A DNA stretch of 64,000 bases. Origin: Eledone cirrhosa (taxonomy: Eukaryota). Each line of letters begins with the position of its first letter. Position 1 is the stretch's first letter. Below, piece by piece: positions 1 through 15,783 of the stretch. Made by a program: the position numbers and the translations under genes. The DNA is taken from positions 34,162,001-34,226,000 of the forward strand of contig OZ024759.1 in assembly GCA_964016885.1 (NCBI GenBank), in the 5' to 3' direction. The notes under the pieces are model-generated. The model saw only the letters and a list, made by a program, of their open reading frames with translations, searched no databases and was not told the origin of the DNA.

Positions 1-1833
1 CAAAGGGTAATATAATGAAAAACAAACAGCATAATGGTTTTTAGTTTTGTGTATAACAATAGAGCTTTTTTTAACAAAACTAATGTGACAAAATAAATTT
101 ATTTTATTATAAAGTCTAACATTTTATGAAAGTAAATATATTTCCATTGAAAAATAAACTAATTTCAACGAAAAATAATTTTTCTTCATTACAATTTTTC
201 ATTATTTGTTTTTCGAAAATATTTTTTGTTATTTTGGTGAGAAAGTTTCTATTAGAAAACATGGAATATCAAATATATCATTACATCAAAGAGAAATTAA
301 GAAAACTTTAAAAGATTTCTCATAAATTTACTTTAATAACTTTACAATAAGAGAGAACAATGAGCTAAAGAAAAAAAATGACAATTGCTTAGTAATTTAT
401 GAACTAAAGTTAAATGCGTATATATTGTAGAGAAATATCACACAACTTCATCTAGGTTATTTATCCATACACTTGCAGTAGCTATGGGCGAACAACCAAA
501 TATAATTTTGAAAGTTACAACAGTCTATATTTCTTTGTTTCTTTGGAAGTATATTATATTTAACATGGTATCTCAATATTTAAATTGCTATGTTTCTGTT
601 CAACGTACAACGAAAGAATTTCCTATGTCTATTATTGTTAGGCTTCCGGTTGATAGTTTTAATAAATATCTTCGAATATGTTTAGGTGATGACATTGTGA
701 CGTAATAAAACATGTCTTCCCCTGGCATAGATAAAATGTTGATACATGTATTATAAGTGTGTGGGCTACCGGCAAGCAATACAATATACAATTATTGTCT
801 TTGTCTTACGTCAAGGTTAGGTAATAATTCCAATAATTGGCTGCCATTTTTGTAGGCTTTGGGCAACGTAAATTTTATTGCAATATATATCATGCAAAGA
901 AATTATTTATATAGTTATTTTCTTCCTGTAATTTGACTAGTACAATAAATAATGTAGTACAATATTTACAAATCTTTTTTGCCAGAAGTTTCACAAGCTA
1001 GCATATGTATACTATGTTACACAGTGTTAAAATAGTATTAATATAGTAGGTGATATAATATTAAAACTCTAATAAATTGTAGGTTATGTCATTTGTAGCG
1101 CAATGCAACATTCCAGTAAGTCAACAGAGTTATATGGCTGTCAAACATATAGGCTACGGGCTTGTAATATAATATAGTATTTATGATCGTAGTAAGTCAA
1201 TAAATTTAATAAAATTATTGCCATCTGTGTTAGGATATGGGTCTGTAACCTAATATAATGTTATAAGTCTGGTGAATGTTGATATTTCTTATATTTTTTT
1301 AATCAATAAACAACTGACATTTATGAAAAGTCTGGTGTGTTTTTCCGAAGTAAAACACATTTTTAAAATTACAGCAAACAGGATAAATAACGAAATTGAA
1401 ATGAAATAAATGCAAAACGTAAAAGCAGATAAAAAACCGAAATGCATTCATGATGATAAAAACTACAACAACAACAACGACAATAATAGTAATACTAATA
1501 ATAATAATAACAAGAATATAACTAACAACAAAGTAAAAAGTAACAGTGAATAAGATTAGAAGAGAGGAAAATACATTTAAAAATAAATAATTTGAAATGA
1601 AATATGAAATGTCTACATTTTGAAAGATATGTTAAACAATTTGCTTAAATTCGAAATTATTTACAATTATGTTTTCGGTAAACTGGAAAATGAAATAAGA
1701 AAAATATATGATGTGAGTGAAAGGCTTCACGTATGAAATGTAATTAAAGGTAATTGTACATCATTAAAAAAATATAGAAATATATATTTGTAAATACATG
1801 TATCATAAATGTATATATTTATATATAGTTATG

Positions 1834-1901
<68 letters not shown>

Positions 1902-2109
1902 TTTATATAAAAGATATATGAATTTCTGAGCTTCGACATTTAGTTACTATGAAATGTCTCTTCGATCGTGACTATTTCTAAAGATTATATATATATATAT
2001 ATATGTATCGATGTGTATGTGTGTGTATAATGCTTTTTTATATATACGCATCAAATCATATCGGCATATTGTGTGCTTACTTATTACGTTTATGCATATA
2101 TCTATCTAC

Positions 2110-2164
<55 letters not shown>

Positions 2165-2829
2165 CATGAATATATGTATGTATATATATATATATTTGTA
2201 GTAAGGTTACTTGGATGCGTCCGTAGCCGGTATGCCGGTTGAGCACTGTATGCTCATTCAGAGCAGAGTATGATATGGAAAATATATACAATTGTTTCTA
2301 CTGCTGGGACACACACAGACATCCCTGTATATATGTGTATACCTGTATATGTATATATGTGTATACACACATACAGGCATACATACATATGTCTATAAAC
2401 ATAGGGATAGTGATATTTAAGTGTATTAGAGATACCGCCGAAAAAAGCAATATGATATTTCTCTGCAATGCACATGCGGGGGGGGGGGGGCAATCTATTG
2501 ATATACACATAGGCAGAGCTCATGTCTGGCATACATAAACTTTTGGTGTGGTGGAATACGACACAAAGGATTAAGAGTTTAATATGTTATATATAGACAT
2601 CGCTGTATACTATCTGTCAGTTTTGTGCACGCACGTACACGCACACGTTTGTATATATATATATATATGGATGTTTATAAATCTATGCCTCAATATATGT
2701 ATGCATATATGCATGGATATGTGATTATATTTGTATATATACTTATATACATACATACACATATATATATATTGATATGAATATATGTATATATATATAT
2801 ATAAATATATATATATATATGTATATATG

Positions 2830-2864
<35 letters not shown>

Positions 2865-2899
2865 ATATATATGTGTGTATATATGGATGTCTATATATA

Positions 2900-2936
<37 letters not shown>

Positions 2937-3117
2937 ATATATATGTGTGTATATATGGATGTATATATATATATATATATGCATATATATATTATCATGT
3001 ATATATATATATTATCATATATATATATATATGCATATATATATTATCATATGCATATATATATTATCATATATATATATATATATATATACATATTATC
3101 ATATATATATATATATA

Positions 3118-3166
<49 letters not shown>

Positions 3167-4157
3167 TAATATATATATATATATGTATATATATATATTA
3201 TCATATATATGTTATCATATATATATATACATATATATATTATCATATATACATATATATATTATCATATATATATATATATATTATCATATATATATAT
3301 ATATATATATATATTATCATATGTATATATATATATATATATACATATTATCATATATATATATATGGATATGAATATATATAGGTATATATATATATAT
3401 ATGCTAATATGTATATGTATATATACATATTATCATATATATATATATATGGATATTAATATATATAGGCCAGTGAAATAGAAATTAGAAGACCAAAGCT
3501 AAACAGAAAGAATGAGTGGAACAACAACAACACCCAAACAAACAACACTGACCTAAGAGAAGTATAAATAAATAAGTAAATTAAATTAAATAAAATAAGA
3601 TAAATAAATACATACACAAGCACATAAACACACACTAGTCACCCAGCAGACACAACACTATACACACTAGTCACACATCACACATAACACTATACACACA
3701 CGCAAACGCATGCGCAAAGAAGACAAAATAAAATAAGATAAACAAACAAGCAAATAAATAAATAAATATATAGACAGACTGAACAAAAAAAAAAATGGCG
3801 TAGACATACAACACAACAGGAGGAACAATGAATATAACACCACTGACGATGTTGCAGATGTGCAACGAAAGATTTATGTAAACTATATATATATGTGTTT
3901 GTCTATATTGTATCTGTATTATTTTTGACCGCCGGTCAGTCAATGGCAACATTGAGGACCGAGTAAGTTAGATCGCAGATATATATATATAAAAGACAGC
4001 GAGAAGCGAAAACCAACCAAACAGTGAGTGTGTTCTGTTATTAATTCTGGCAATATTACGCAAATATGACCCTCCCCAAATATAACAATATATATAGGTA
4101 TATATATATATATATATATATATGCTAATATGTATATGTATATATATATATAATATC

Positions 4158-4190
<33 letters not shown>

Positions 4191-4240
4191 TATATTATTA
4201 TATATATATATACATATATATATTAACATATATAACATAC

Positions 4241-4291
<51 letters not shown>

Positions 4292-4448
4292 CATATTTGT
4301 ATGTATGTATATATATATATATATCAACATATATATATATACATATATATATATATATTAACATATATGTATGTATGTATATATATATATATATATATAT
4401 CAACATATATATATATATATATCAACATATATATATATATATATATAT

Positions 4449-4496
<48 letters not shown>

Positions 4497-4577
4497 ATAT
4501 ATATATATATATATATATATATCAATATATATATATATATATATATATCAATATATATATATATATATATATATATG

Positions 4578-4658
<81 letters not shown>

Positions 4659-4660
4659 AC

Positions 4661-4694
<34 letters not shown>

Positions 4695-4698
4695 CAAC

Positions 4699-4732
<34 letters not shown>

Positions 4733-4816
4733 CAACATATATATATATACATATATATATTAACATATATATATATACATATATAGTAACATATATATAT
4801 ATATATATATATTAAC

Positions 4817-4849
<33 letters not shown>

Positions 4850-4962
4850 TATATATATATATCTATATATCAACATATATATATATACATACATATATAT
4901 ATATTAACATATATATATATATACATATATATATATTAACATATATATATACATATATATGA

Positions 4963-5009
<47 letters not shown>

Positions 5010-5761
5010 TATGATTCTTATAAACATCTCCCATACCCGATCACAGTGCAGCGATTCTAGAAATTATAAGATGTAAATTAAAATTTCTGCTGCAAGTGGT
5101 CAATAAAATGATAAAACCATGTTTATTACGATCAAGAATATCTATATTGTAATAAATTCAGAGAAAATAATAAATATATCGGCATAAAGGGATTGGAAAT
5201 TTGGTCTTTAATACAAGATTTATTTCAACAGTCAGGAAATTAGTTGCGCTTTGGTAACTAATCTTCCATTCTCTGTAAGTCGATCTGAAAGTCTATGATA
5301 AATTTTTACAGCCGCCATCGCTATAAATATCACTTTCTTGAGTAATCTGTTAGCTGTATCTTTTTAATATTTTCATGAATTCTATGCAACATTTTTGTGT
5401 TATCAATGGAGTGTATACATATATATATGTATATTTATATATATATATGTTTATATATATATGCATGTTTATATATATGTATGTATATATCTATGTTTAT
5501 ATATATATGTATGTTTATATATATGTATGTATATATATATATATATGTTTATAAATATATGTTTATGTATATATATGTTTATAAATATAAATATGTTTAT
5601 GTATATATATGTTTGATATATATATATGTTTGTATATATATATATATATATTTGTATATATATATATGTTTATGTATATATATATATATGTTTGTATATA
5701 TATATATGTTTATATATATATATATATATGTTTATATATATATGTTTATATATATATATAT

Positions 5762-5811
<50 letters not shown>

Positions 5812-5860
5812 GTTTATATATATATGTTTATATATATATATATATGTATATATGTTTATA

Positions 5861-5898
<38 letters not shown>

Positions 5899-5931
5899 TA
5901 TATATATATGTATATATATATATATATATAT

Positions 5932-5972
<41 letters not shown>

Positions 5973-6152
5973 TATATATATATATATATATGTTTATATA
6001 TTTATATATATATATGTTTATATCTATATATATATATATATATATATGTTTATACTTATATATATATATATATATGTTTATATTTATATATATATATATA
6101 TATATGTGTATATATATTTATATATATATATATATATATGTGTATATATATT

Positions 6153-6220
<68 letters not shown>

Positions 6221-6722
6221 TATATATATATATTTATATATATATATATTTATATATATATATTTATATATATATATATTTTTATATATATATATTTATA
6301 TATATATATTTATATATATATATATTTATATATATATATATTTATATATATATATATTTATATATATATATATTTATATATATATATTTATATATATATA
6401 TATTTATATATATATATATTTATATATATATATATTTATATATATATATATTTATATATATATATTTATATATATATATATATATATATATAAGTATAAC
6501 AATATATATATATATTTATATATATATATTTATATATATATATATATATATATATAAGTATAACAATATATATTTATATATTTATATATATATATTTATA
6601 TATATATATATATATATATAAGTATAACAATATATATTTATATATTTATATATATATATTTATATATATATATATATATATATAAGTATAACAATATATA
6701 TTTATATATATATATATAAATT

Positions 6723-6761
<39 letters not shown>

Positions 6762-7440
6762 ATATATGTATGTATACATACATTTATGTTGTGTTGCAAC
6801 GTTGTCCGTATGTATGGTAGCCGCTTGGTCAATCAACTAGCTACAGTATTTCTTTTATGTCCTGTATGACAGCTTTAAGGTCACAAAGTTTACAACGTTT
6901 ATGTTTGTATTTGACAGTGTATATCACATTAGTGGTAAAGAAACGGGGCCAGGATAGAAGGCAGACCTCTACAAGATGATGATGATACAGCTATCTATTA
7001 ATCTAAGTCTAATAACGTATGTCAAGAGCTGTATCGTTTCGTGATTGCTCAAAATGAACGGATGCCATTGTAGAGAATCTATTAATGCCGACTGGTGTGG
7101 AGAGGAGAGAAAGAAGGATGGTGGTGGTGGTGATGTCAGTGATACTGGTGGCAACAGACAAAACATTATACCAATTATTTTCACATATGTTATTAAAACA
7201 GCAATAACACCTGCCAGTACTGAGATTGCATCCATAATATAACACAGGAAGACGGGATAAGTTTCCAAACGCTCGAGCCGCAAGTTTTATTGTTCGATAT
7301 TAGAGCGTAAGAGACAGATAAAAAACAATTGAAGATACGTCTACTAAAAACTATCTAAGAACAAAAACAAGGCAAAAAATAGTCGATTTTTAATAAAAAT
7401 AAAATATTTAGATTCATTCGTGAATTTAATATCGAATAAT

Positions 7441-7630
7441 AATTGTTTCTAGTTTTGGCACAAGGCCAGCAATAAACAGTGCATTACTGGTACTTTATTT
7501 TAATGACCTCGTAAGGATGAAAGGCAAAGTTAACCTCGACGGGATTTGAAGTCAGATCATAAAGGGAGGTATCTCTATGTTTCAAAGCATGGCGTCCGAC
7601 TCTCTACAGATACTGCCAATCCACAACCCT
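7441..7630 (-). mobile_element. SINE, same family (short subfamily)
   Basis: Reverse complement aligns by eye to 14074-14268. Confidence 0.88.
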
Positions 7631-7645
7631 CTAATATCGAATAAT

Positions 7646-7863
7646 AATGATTTCAACTTGAGGCAGAAGGCCAGAAATATTGGGGGAGGAGAAAGTCGAT
7701 TACATCGACCCCAGTACATTACTGGTGCTTTATTCTATCGATCACGTAAGGATTAAAGGCAAAGCTAACCTCGGCAATAGTTGTACTCAAAACGGAAAAA
7801 GCCATAATTGTATGCTGCAAAGCCTTGTCTGACACTCTACCGATTCTATCAATCCACCGCCCG
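7646..7863 (-). mobile_element. SINE, same family, longer and more diverged subfamily
   Basis: Same head and body plus an extra 3' segment (gggggaggagaaagtcgattacatcgac on +). Confidence 0.8.
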
Positions 7864-8052
7864 TTTATATCGAATAATACTAATATTCGATTCTTTCACA
7901 AACAAACATCCCCTTATATGTATATATATATATAGGAAAGAGCTCAGCCGTTGGGCACCGACTCTCGTTAATGTAGTCATACTCTGCTATAGCATGTAAT
8001 GAGTAGTCGGCAGAATAAAGATTTTACTATTTTAAAACTTTTAAAATTATGA

Positions 8053-8127
<75 letters not shown>

Positions 8128-8149
8128 AAAGGATAACAAGGACAATTGG

Positions 8150-8388
8150 TTACTCCTTCATTACATATATTGGTAGGTGACGCGCATTTCGCCACTGATC
8201 AGATCGAGGTTCGATCTGTATCGTTCTTACCTGACTCTATAATCGACAGCTCGACGGACCCTTTAAAATGCTATAAATGGTCCGTCGAGCTGCCGATTAT
8301 AGAGTCGGGTAAGATAGATACAGATCGAACCTTGAGCGGTCAGTGGCGAAACGCGTGTCACCTACCAATATATGTAATGAAGGAGTAA
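8150..8388. repeat. Diverged palindrome (~110-bp arms, ~18-bp spacer)
   Basis: ttactccttcattacatatattggtaggtgac...gacggacc versus ggtccgtc...gtcacctaccaatatatgtaatgaaggagtaa. Contains GAAA-cgcgtg-TC. Confidence 0.88.
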
Positions 8389-8550
8389 TTAATCGTCTTT
8401 GTTATCCTTTCAATATATTACACTCTGTATAGCTCTACACCTCATCACAGAAGTGAACCTAAACATCGAGTGCTCACCCGGGTGAACCTGCAGTAAGACC
8501 AAGTTACACTCCCTAGATATATATATATATGTATATGTATATATGTATAT

Positions 8551-8591
<41 letters not shown>

Positions 8592-8671
8592 TATGTATAT
8601 ATGTATATGTGTATATGTATATGTATATATGTATATATATGTATGTATATATGTATATATATATATGTATG

Positions 8672-8704
<33 letters not shown>

Positions 8705-9257
8705 GCATGTATAATACATATATAGTTTAGTTCCAATGGTGGAATTGGAATGCATAATTTGCGATTCTCTTCTCTTCTGTTTCTGCTTCCAACCCACCAC
8801 ATCCTCATTACCTACCACCATACGTTGCTAGTTCCTATCACGTGTGTCTGCGAAGAATATATTTCTAAAATTTTCCGACTGAATATATTAACATGAGAAC
8901 GAAGAAACGCTAGTGATAGAAGAAGCAGGAAGAACCCAACATACAATATAAAACATAGAACAGAAAAAGTAAAAGTGAGAATATAAAACAAAATAACAAG
9001 ATGATAGAATGCAAAAGATATTTAAGAAAAACATTAATAATAAAAGGAAAAACACGAAATTTGTTGTTGTAACGTTATGATATGTTTTTAGTTTTCTATT
9101 TTCCTCTGCCATAAGACTGAGTTATAACTATTTCCGTCAAAACTGTTCCTAGTCTCCGCTTTTAAATATATCCACAACTTTCTTACTAAGTCCAGTCATC
9201 CACTTATTATTTTCGCATATTTTAGCGTTGTTTTGACATATGTGTATGTATATATGT

Positions 9258-9340
<83 letters not shown>

Positions 9341-9490
9341 GTATACAGTATATATATATGTGTGTGTGAGTATGTGCATATATGTATGGATATGTGCGTG
9401 TATATATATATATATGCACATATATATATATATATATATATACCTATGTATATGTTCATATATGTATATATATATGCATATATATGTACA

Positions 9491-9522
<32 letters not shown>

Positions 9523-9576
9523 CATATGTATATGTACATATATGTGTATATGTACATATATGTGTATATATATATA

Positions 9577-9625
<49 letters not shown>

Positions 9626-9750
9626 TTGCATATAAATGTACATATATGTGTATATATATATATATTTATACATATGTATATGTTCATAAATGTATATATA
9701 TATATGCATATATGTGTATATATATATACATATATATGCATATATGTGTG

Positions 9751-9802
<52 letters not shown>

Positions 9803-10544
9803 TGCGTGTATATGTATATAAATATATACATATATATACATACATATGTATATATATATGCATATATATACATATATATGTATATATATATATGCATATA
9901 TATTCGTTCTCGGTGTTCGTTCTTTCTCTGTTTCTTTTTTGTTTTTTTTTTTGGTTTTTTTGTTAACTTTTTATTCATTTCATATTCTGGAATATTGGTC
10001 CAGCCAACATTCCCTTAATCTATTATTCAGCCAAGGAAATGGCTTCCTTCTTTTCATCATCTTCTTCTTCATATTCTCTCACCTTCATATTGTGGTTTCT
10101 GATGATGATGATTGGCACAATTATCATCAGCATCGCCGCAATATTCATCAGCATCGTCATCATCATAATTATCGTCGTCGTCACCATCATCATCATCAGC
10201 AGCAGCATCAGCATCATCATCATTATCATGACCATCATCATCATCGTCACCAGTATCGAAGTTACCATCACTATTGTCACCATTAGCATTATCGCCATCA
10301 TCATCATCGTCACACACATCATCATCATCATCATCAGTTTCATCATCATCATCATATTAATATCATTAGACACTTTACGATCTGAGTTCACATCTCGCCG
10401 AGGTTTATATATATATACACACATACATACATACATATATATATATAATATATATAATATATAGAAAGGAACGATCTACTTTCGTCAAATAGGACCGAGG
10501 GAACAATGTTTCCGTTGGTCTTTCCAATTGCTAATACTATATAT

Positions 10545-10684
10545 CGGTCGCAACTACAGGTAGAAGGAGAAACGTGAAATAAAGTGTCTTGCTCAAGGAC
10601 ATAACGCATCGCCTGGTCCAGGAATCGAACTCACAACCTTACAATTGCGAATCCAATTCTCTAACCACTCAGCCACACGCCTTC
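10545..10684 (-). mobile_element. Second tRNA-derived SINE family with a CORE-like domain
   Basis: Minus strand: A box tggctgagtggt, B box gttcgattcc, then gtccttgagcaagacactt, resembling the CORE-SINE motif ccttgggcaagtcactt. Confidence 0.72.
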
Positions 10685-10838
10685 ATATATAAATATATAT
10701 GTATATATACATATATATGTATATATAGATATATATGTATATATACATATATATTTTTATATACATATATATATATATACATATATATGTATATATATAT
10801 ATACATATATATGTATATATATATATATAAACGTTAGA

Positions 10839-10897
<59 letters not shown>

Positions 10898-11010
10898 TAT
10901 GTACATATATATATACATATGTAGGAGGTGAGTTTTATTGTAGTACAATAAAGCAATGCATATATCGGAAATAAGCACTCTACAATTTGCAGGACTGGAG
11001 TATACATAAT

Positions 11011-11295
11011 ATATAAGAACATAAGATGGTTAAAAGAGTTCCATGTATTTTATCATGCGCATTTCAAAAACAAATATCATCATGCAATAATATTTGTGGT
11101 TTCATCAGATAGTTCAGTTTTAAATCAACATATGTTGATTTAAAACTGAACTATCCACAAGTGTTTTTTAACCTTCATATCATGTCTTTATGTTTTATCT
11201 GATGAAAACACAAATATTATTGCATGATGATATTTGTTTTTGAAATGCTCATAATAAAATACATGGAACTCTTTTAACCATCTTTTGTTCTTATA
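11011..11295. repeat. Inverted repeat (~100-bp arms) with hammerhead motifs and an internal perfect 48-bp palindrome
   Basis: Arms 11011-11111 and 11196-11295. Right arm: ttttat-CTGATGA-long stem II-GAAA-tgctca-TA-ataaaa. Inner palindrome 11108-11155. Confidence 0.9.
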
Positions 11296-11321
11296 TATAT
11301 ATATACTTATATATGTACATA

Positions 11322-11353
<32 letters not shown>

Positions 11354-11357
11354 CATA

Positions 11358-11409
<52 letters not shown>

Positions 11410-11446
11410 CATATATATACATATATACATATATATACATATATAC

Positions 11447-11521
<75 letters not shown>

Positions 11522-11564
11522 CATATATACATATATATACATATATACATATATATATATGTAC

Positions 11565-11633
<69 letters not shown>

Positions 11634-11652
11634 TATACATATATACATATAT

Positions 11653-11703
<51 letters not shown>

Positions 11704-12230
11704 CACATATATATATATATATACACATATATATATATATATATACACATATATATATATACACATATATATATATATATACATATATATGTATATATAC
11801 ATATATGTATATACATATATATATATATATATATACATATATATGTATATATACATATATATGTATATATACATATATATGTATATATTCATATATATGT
11901 ATATATACATATATATATATGTATGTGTGTGCAAGGCCTTTATTTTAAGAAAAAAACACATGCTTTACTTATCAAATGTATTACTTTATTGAGAACAAAC
12001 AACATATTTAAATAGATCTGTTTGCTTCAGACATCTTATATTGTAAATGTTTTATCAAGAGATTAGCTTTTCTTTGTCACATTGTCGGAGAATGAAGAAA
12101 AAACACAGTTGAGTTGAACAAGAACTGAGACATCTTGTAAATGGTCTTTTATAACAGCACTTTGATTTTTATATCTGCATTTAGATTATTTACCCATATA
12201 TATATATATGTATGTATATATGAATAGGTG

Positions 12231-12270
<40 letters not shown>

Positions 12271-12519
12271 GTAAACAGAAAAAACAACACAATCGGTACA
12301 GTAGATGGAATGATAGATTAGGTTAAGACTTGTTATAGCAGGAAGAGGGGTTCAACGTTTCGAACGCTAGTCCTTCATCAAGAGGAAAGAATGAGAAATA
12401 GTATTATATGTACAGATTAAAGTTTAAGGAAAGAATCGCTGCTTTCACCCTTTTACGCGACCTTCTGAAACTCAGAAGAAAGAGTTTCAGAAGATCCCAT
12501 TAAAGGGTGAAAGCAGGGG

Positions 12520-13245
12520 TATATATAGATAACGAGAGGGGTAGAGTTTGGTGTTTACTGATATAGAGAGGGGGATTGGAAGAAAGTTCCGGGCAGTAGA
12601 TATATATATAAAGAGAATTTGGTATTAATTGATAAGGAGAGGTGGATAATTTGGTGCTAATTAATATAGAGGGTGAGATCAGTTGAGAATTCTGTATGGT
12701 TGATGTAGAGAGGGGGAGAGTTGATATAACGAGGGGTATTGAAAGAAAGTACCGAGTAGTAGATATAGAGAGAGGCATAGTTTGGTGGTAATTGATATAT
12801 AGAGGGTGTTTGAAAGAGAGTTCAGTCCAGTAGCCATAGAGAGGGGGGGAGTTTGGTGTTAATTGATATAGAGTGGGTGATTGAAAGAGTGTACCGTGTA
12901 GTAGCTATAGAGAGGGAGAGAGTTTTGTGTTAACTGACACACAGAGAGAGGCATTGGTTGAGTGTGTTGTGTAGTAGATGTAGAGATGGGGACAGTTTGG
13001 TGGTAATTGATATAGAGAGGGGGATTGGTTGAAAGTTATATATGGTTGATGTAGAGGGGGCATAATTTGGTGGTAATTGATATAAGGAGGTGTATAGAAA
13101 AAGAGTTCAGTGTAGTAGACATACTGAGGGGTATAGTTTGCCTGAAATTGATATAGAGGAGGGCGGGATTGGTTGAGAGTGTTGTATGTTTGTTGTAGAG
13201 AGGGGGATAGTTTGGTGGTAATTGATATAGAGTGGGGGATTGAAC
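12520..13245. repeat. Degenerate ~71-bp purine-rich tandem repeat
   Basis: Anchor agtttggtggtaattgatatagag recurs at about 12546, 12779, 12850, 12920, 12994, 13064, 13136 and 13209. Confidence 0.8.
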
Positions 13246-13534
13246 GAAAGACCCGACGTTCTACCGATTATTCCCTATGCATCATAATAATAATGATGTT
13301 ATTCCCACGTTTCTTTTGTAGCCAATTGGACTTTCATTTGAGAGCATATATCATTGATTAATTTCACAACTCCAATTCATTCTCGATCACAATCAGCCAA
13401 GCTTTACTAAAGTTGCCGTCGTGTTTTCACTTATTAAATATTGTATTTTATATTTTATATTGTTACTCATGTAAATGTGTGTAATATATATTTTTATATG
13501 AAGGAGGGGGAGGGGGGGGGGTCGAATTATCACC

Positions 13535-13992
13535 CTCAGCAGCAGCAGTAGTAGAAGCAGCAGCAGCAGCAGCATCACTGTCATTATTATCACCATCGCC
13601 ATCATTATTAACACTATCAGCTACAATACCATCATCATCATCACCATCATCATTATCCCCATCATCCTCATCACCATCATCATCATCATCATTCTCATCA
13701 CCATCATCATTATCATCATCACCATCATCACCATCATCATCATCATCACCATCATCATTATCATCACCATCATCCTTATCATCACCATCACCATTATCAT
13801 CATCATCACCATCATCATCCTCATCACCATCATCATTATCATCATTATCATCACCATCATCGTTATCATCACCATCATCATTATCATCACCATCATCACC
13901 ATCATCACCATCATCATCATCATCACCATCATCATTATCATCACCATCATCCTTATCATCACCATCACCATTATCATCATCATCACCATCAT

Positions 13993-14023
<31 letters not shown>

Positions 14024-14073
14024 ATCATCACCATCATCATTACCATCATTATCATCATTATTCTCATCATCAT
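13535..14073. repeat. (CAT)n-type low-complexity tract with an internal ~177-bp duplication
   Basis: Rare variant catccttatc occurs at 13771 and 13948 with matching context. Confidence 0.85.
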
Positions 14074-14268
14074 AGGGCGGTGGGTTGGCAGTTTCGGTGG
14101 AGAGTCGGACGCCATGCTTTGAAGCATAGAGTTTCGTCCCTTTATGATCTGAGTTCAAATCCCGCCGAGGTTGACTTTGCCTTTCATCCCTACGGGGGTC
14201 GATAAAATAAAGTACCAGTAATGTACTGGGGTATTTGCTGGCCTTGTGCCAAAAGTAGAAACAATTAT
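14074..14268 (+). mobile_element. tRNA-derived SINE (octopus-type family), short subfamily, full length with TSD
   Basis: A-box-like tggcagtttcgg, B-box gagttcaaatccc, body gaggttgactttgcctttcatcc...gtcgataaaataaagtaccagt. TSD attattctcatcatcat at 14057-14073 and 14264-14280. Confidence 0.88.
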
Positions 14269-14549
14269 TCTCATCATCATGACTATCATCACCATATTAA
14301 TCATCACGATCAGCATCATCATCATCATCGTCCTTATCATATACACCAACACCACTACCATCATCACGATCAGCATCATCATCATCGTCCTCATCACATA
14401 CATCAACACTACCACCATCATCATCATCACCATAATCACCATCTTTCGTTTTATTAATATTGTTGTTGTTGCTGTTGTTGTTGTTAATTATCGATATTTC
14501 TATTATTGGTGCTGTAATGTTTTCATTTTTGTTTACTGTTTGTTATTTT

Positions 14550-14550
14550 T

Positions 14551-14581
<31 letters not shown>

Positions 14582-14642
14582 CATCAACAGTAGTAGTAGA
14601 AAGAAGAGTAGTAGCAACAGGAGCAACAGTAGTAGTAGCAGC

Positions 14643-14677
<35 letters not shown>

Positions 14678-14729
14678 CAGCAGCAACAGTAGAAGCAGCA
14701 GTAGTAGTAGTAGAAGCAGTAGTAGTAGC

Positions 14730-14767
<38 letters not shown>

Positions 14768-15450
14768 AAGCAGTAGTAGTAGTAGTAGCAACAGTAGTAG
14801 TATCAGCAGTAGTAGAAGCAGCAGTAGCAGCAGTAGTAGTAGTAGTAGTAACACTACTACACCAATACTACCACCATGTCTGTCTGTGCTGCCGTTTTAG
14901 TTATTCTGACTTTGTTATTGGTGGTGTTGTTGTTGTTGTTGTTACCTTTGTATTTGATGGGGTTTTTTTATTATATTGCAGTTGTTGTTGTATTTGCTGC
15001 TACAAGTCTGTTGTAGTTGTTATTGTTGTTGTATTTGCTGCTACAAGTCTGTTGTAGTTGTTATTGTTGTTGTATTTGCTGCTACAAGTCTGTTGTAGTT
15101 GTTATTGTTGTTAAGGTTATGTATGCTGTTTTTTTGTTGTTGTAGTAGTTGTTCCTGTCGGTGTAGTGGTTGTTGTTGTTGCTGTTGCTGTTGCTGTAGT
15201 TGTTGTTGTTGTTGTTGTTCTTGTTGTTGCTGTTGCTGTTGCTGTTGCTGTTGTTGTTGCTGTTGTTGTATTTGCTGCTACAAGTCTGTTGTAGTTCTTA
15301 TTGGTGTTAACGTTATGTATGCTGTTTTTTTGTTGTTGTTGTTGTAGATGTTATTACATATGCTGTTTTTGCTGTTGCTGTCGTTGTTGTTGCAGTTGCT
15401 GTCGTTGTTGTTGTTGTTATTGCTGTCCTTGTTGTTGCAGTTGTTCTATT
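14550..15450. repeat. (AGT/AGC)n and (GTT/GCT)n tracts with a 41-bp triplication
   Basis: tacaagtctgttgtagttg at 15001, 15042 and 15083, with a further copy near 15280. Confidence 0.85.
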
Positions 15451-15747
15451 ATTAGTCAAGTCGTTCAATTAGACGAGAGTTGTGGAGATATACGTACGTA
15501 CTAGGCTTACTTCATGTTCCGGACAAGATTGCAGCTAAAATGGTGCGAAATTACAAAACGTGCACCAAGCTTTAACACCAAGTGCACTATGCAATCAATA
15601 ACTGCAATAGCAATACAGTTCTGCTCTGTTCTACAAGCTCGTTTCAGCAAATGGAAATTGGGAAAGTAGTGCGGTATTACCATTGGCATGTCTTCCTTTA
15701 ATAAACAAACGCAATCACACACACACACACACATGCCAATATATATA

Positions 15748-15783
<36 letters not shown>

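Noticed and set aside
370-1350. Complex-looking sequence, possibly a decayed coding region on the minus strand
   Set aside because: Manual translation gave multiple stops and no recognisable motif. A tblastx/HMM search would be needed.
10610-10684. tRNA gene
   Set aside because: It has A/B boxes but continues into a CORE-like SINE body and lacks a clear acceptor stem; treated as a SINE head.
13463-15504. Poly-Asp, poly-Met, poly-Ser, poly-Leu and poly-Cys ORFs
   Set aside because: Trinucleotide repeat tracts, one running into a SINE. No splice or domain evidence.
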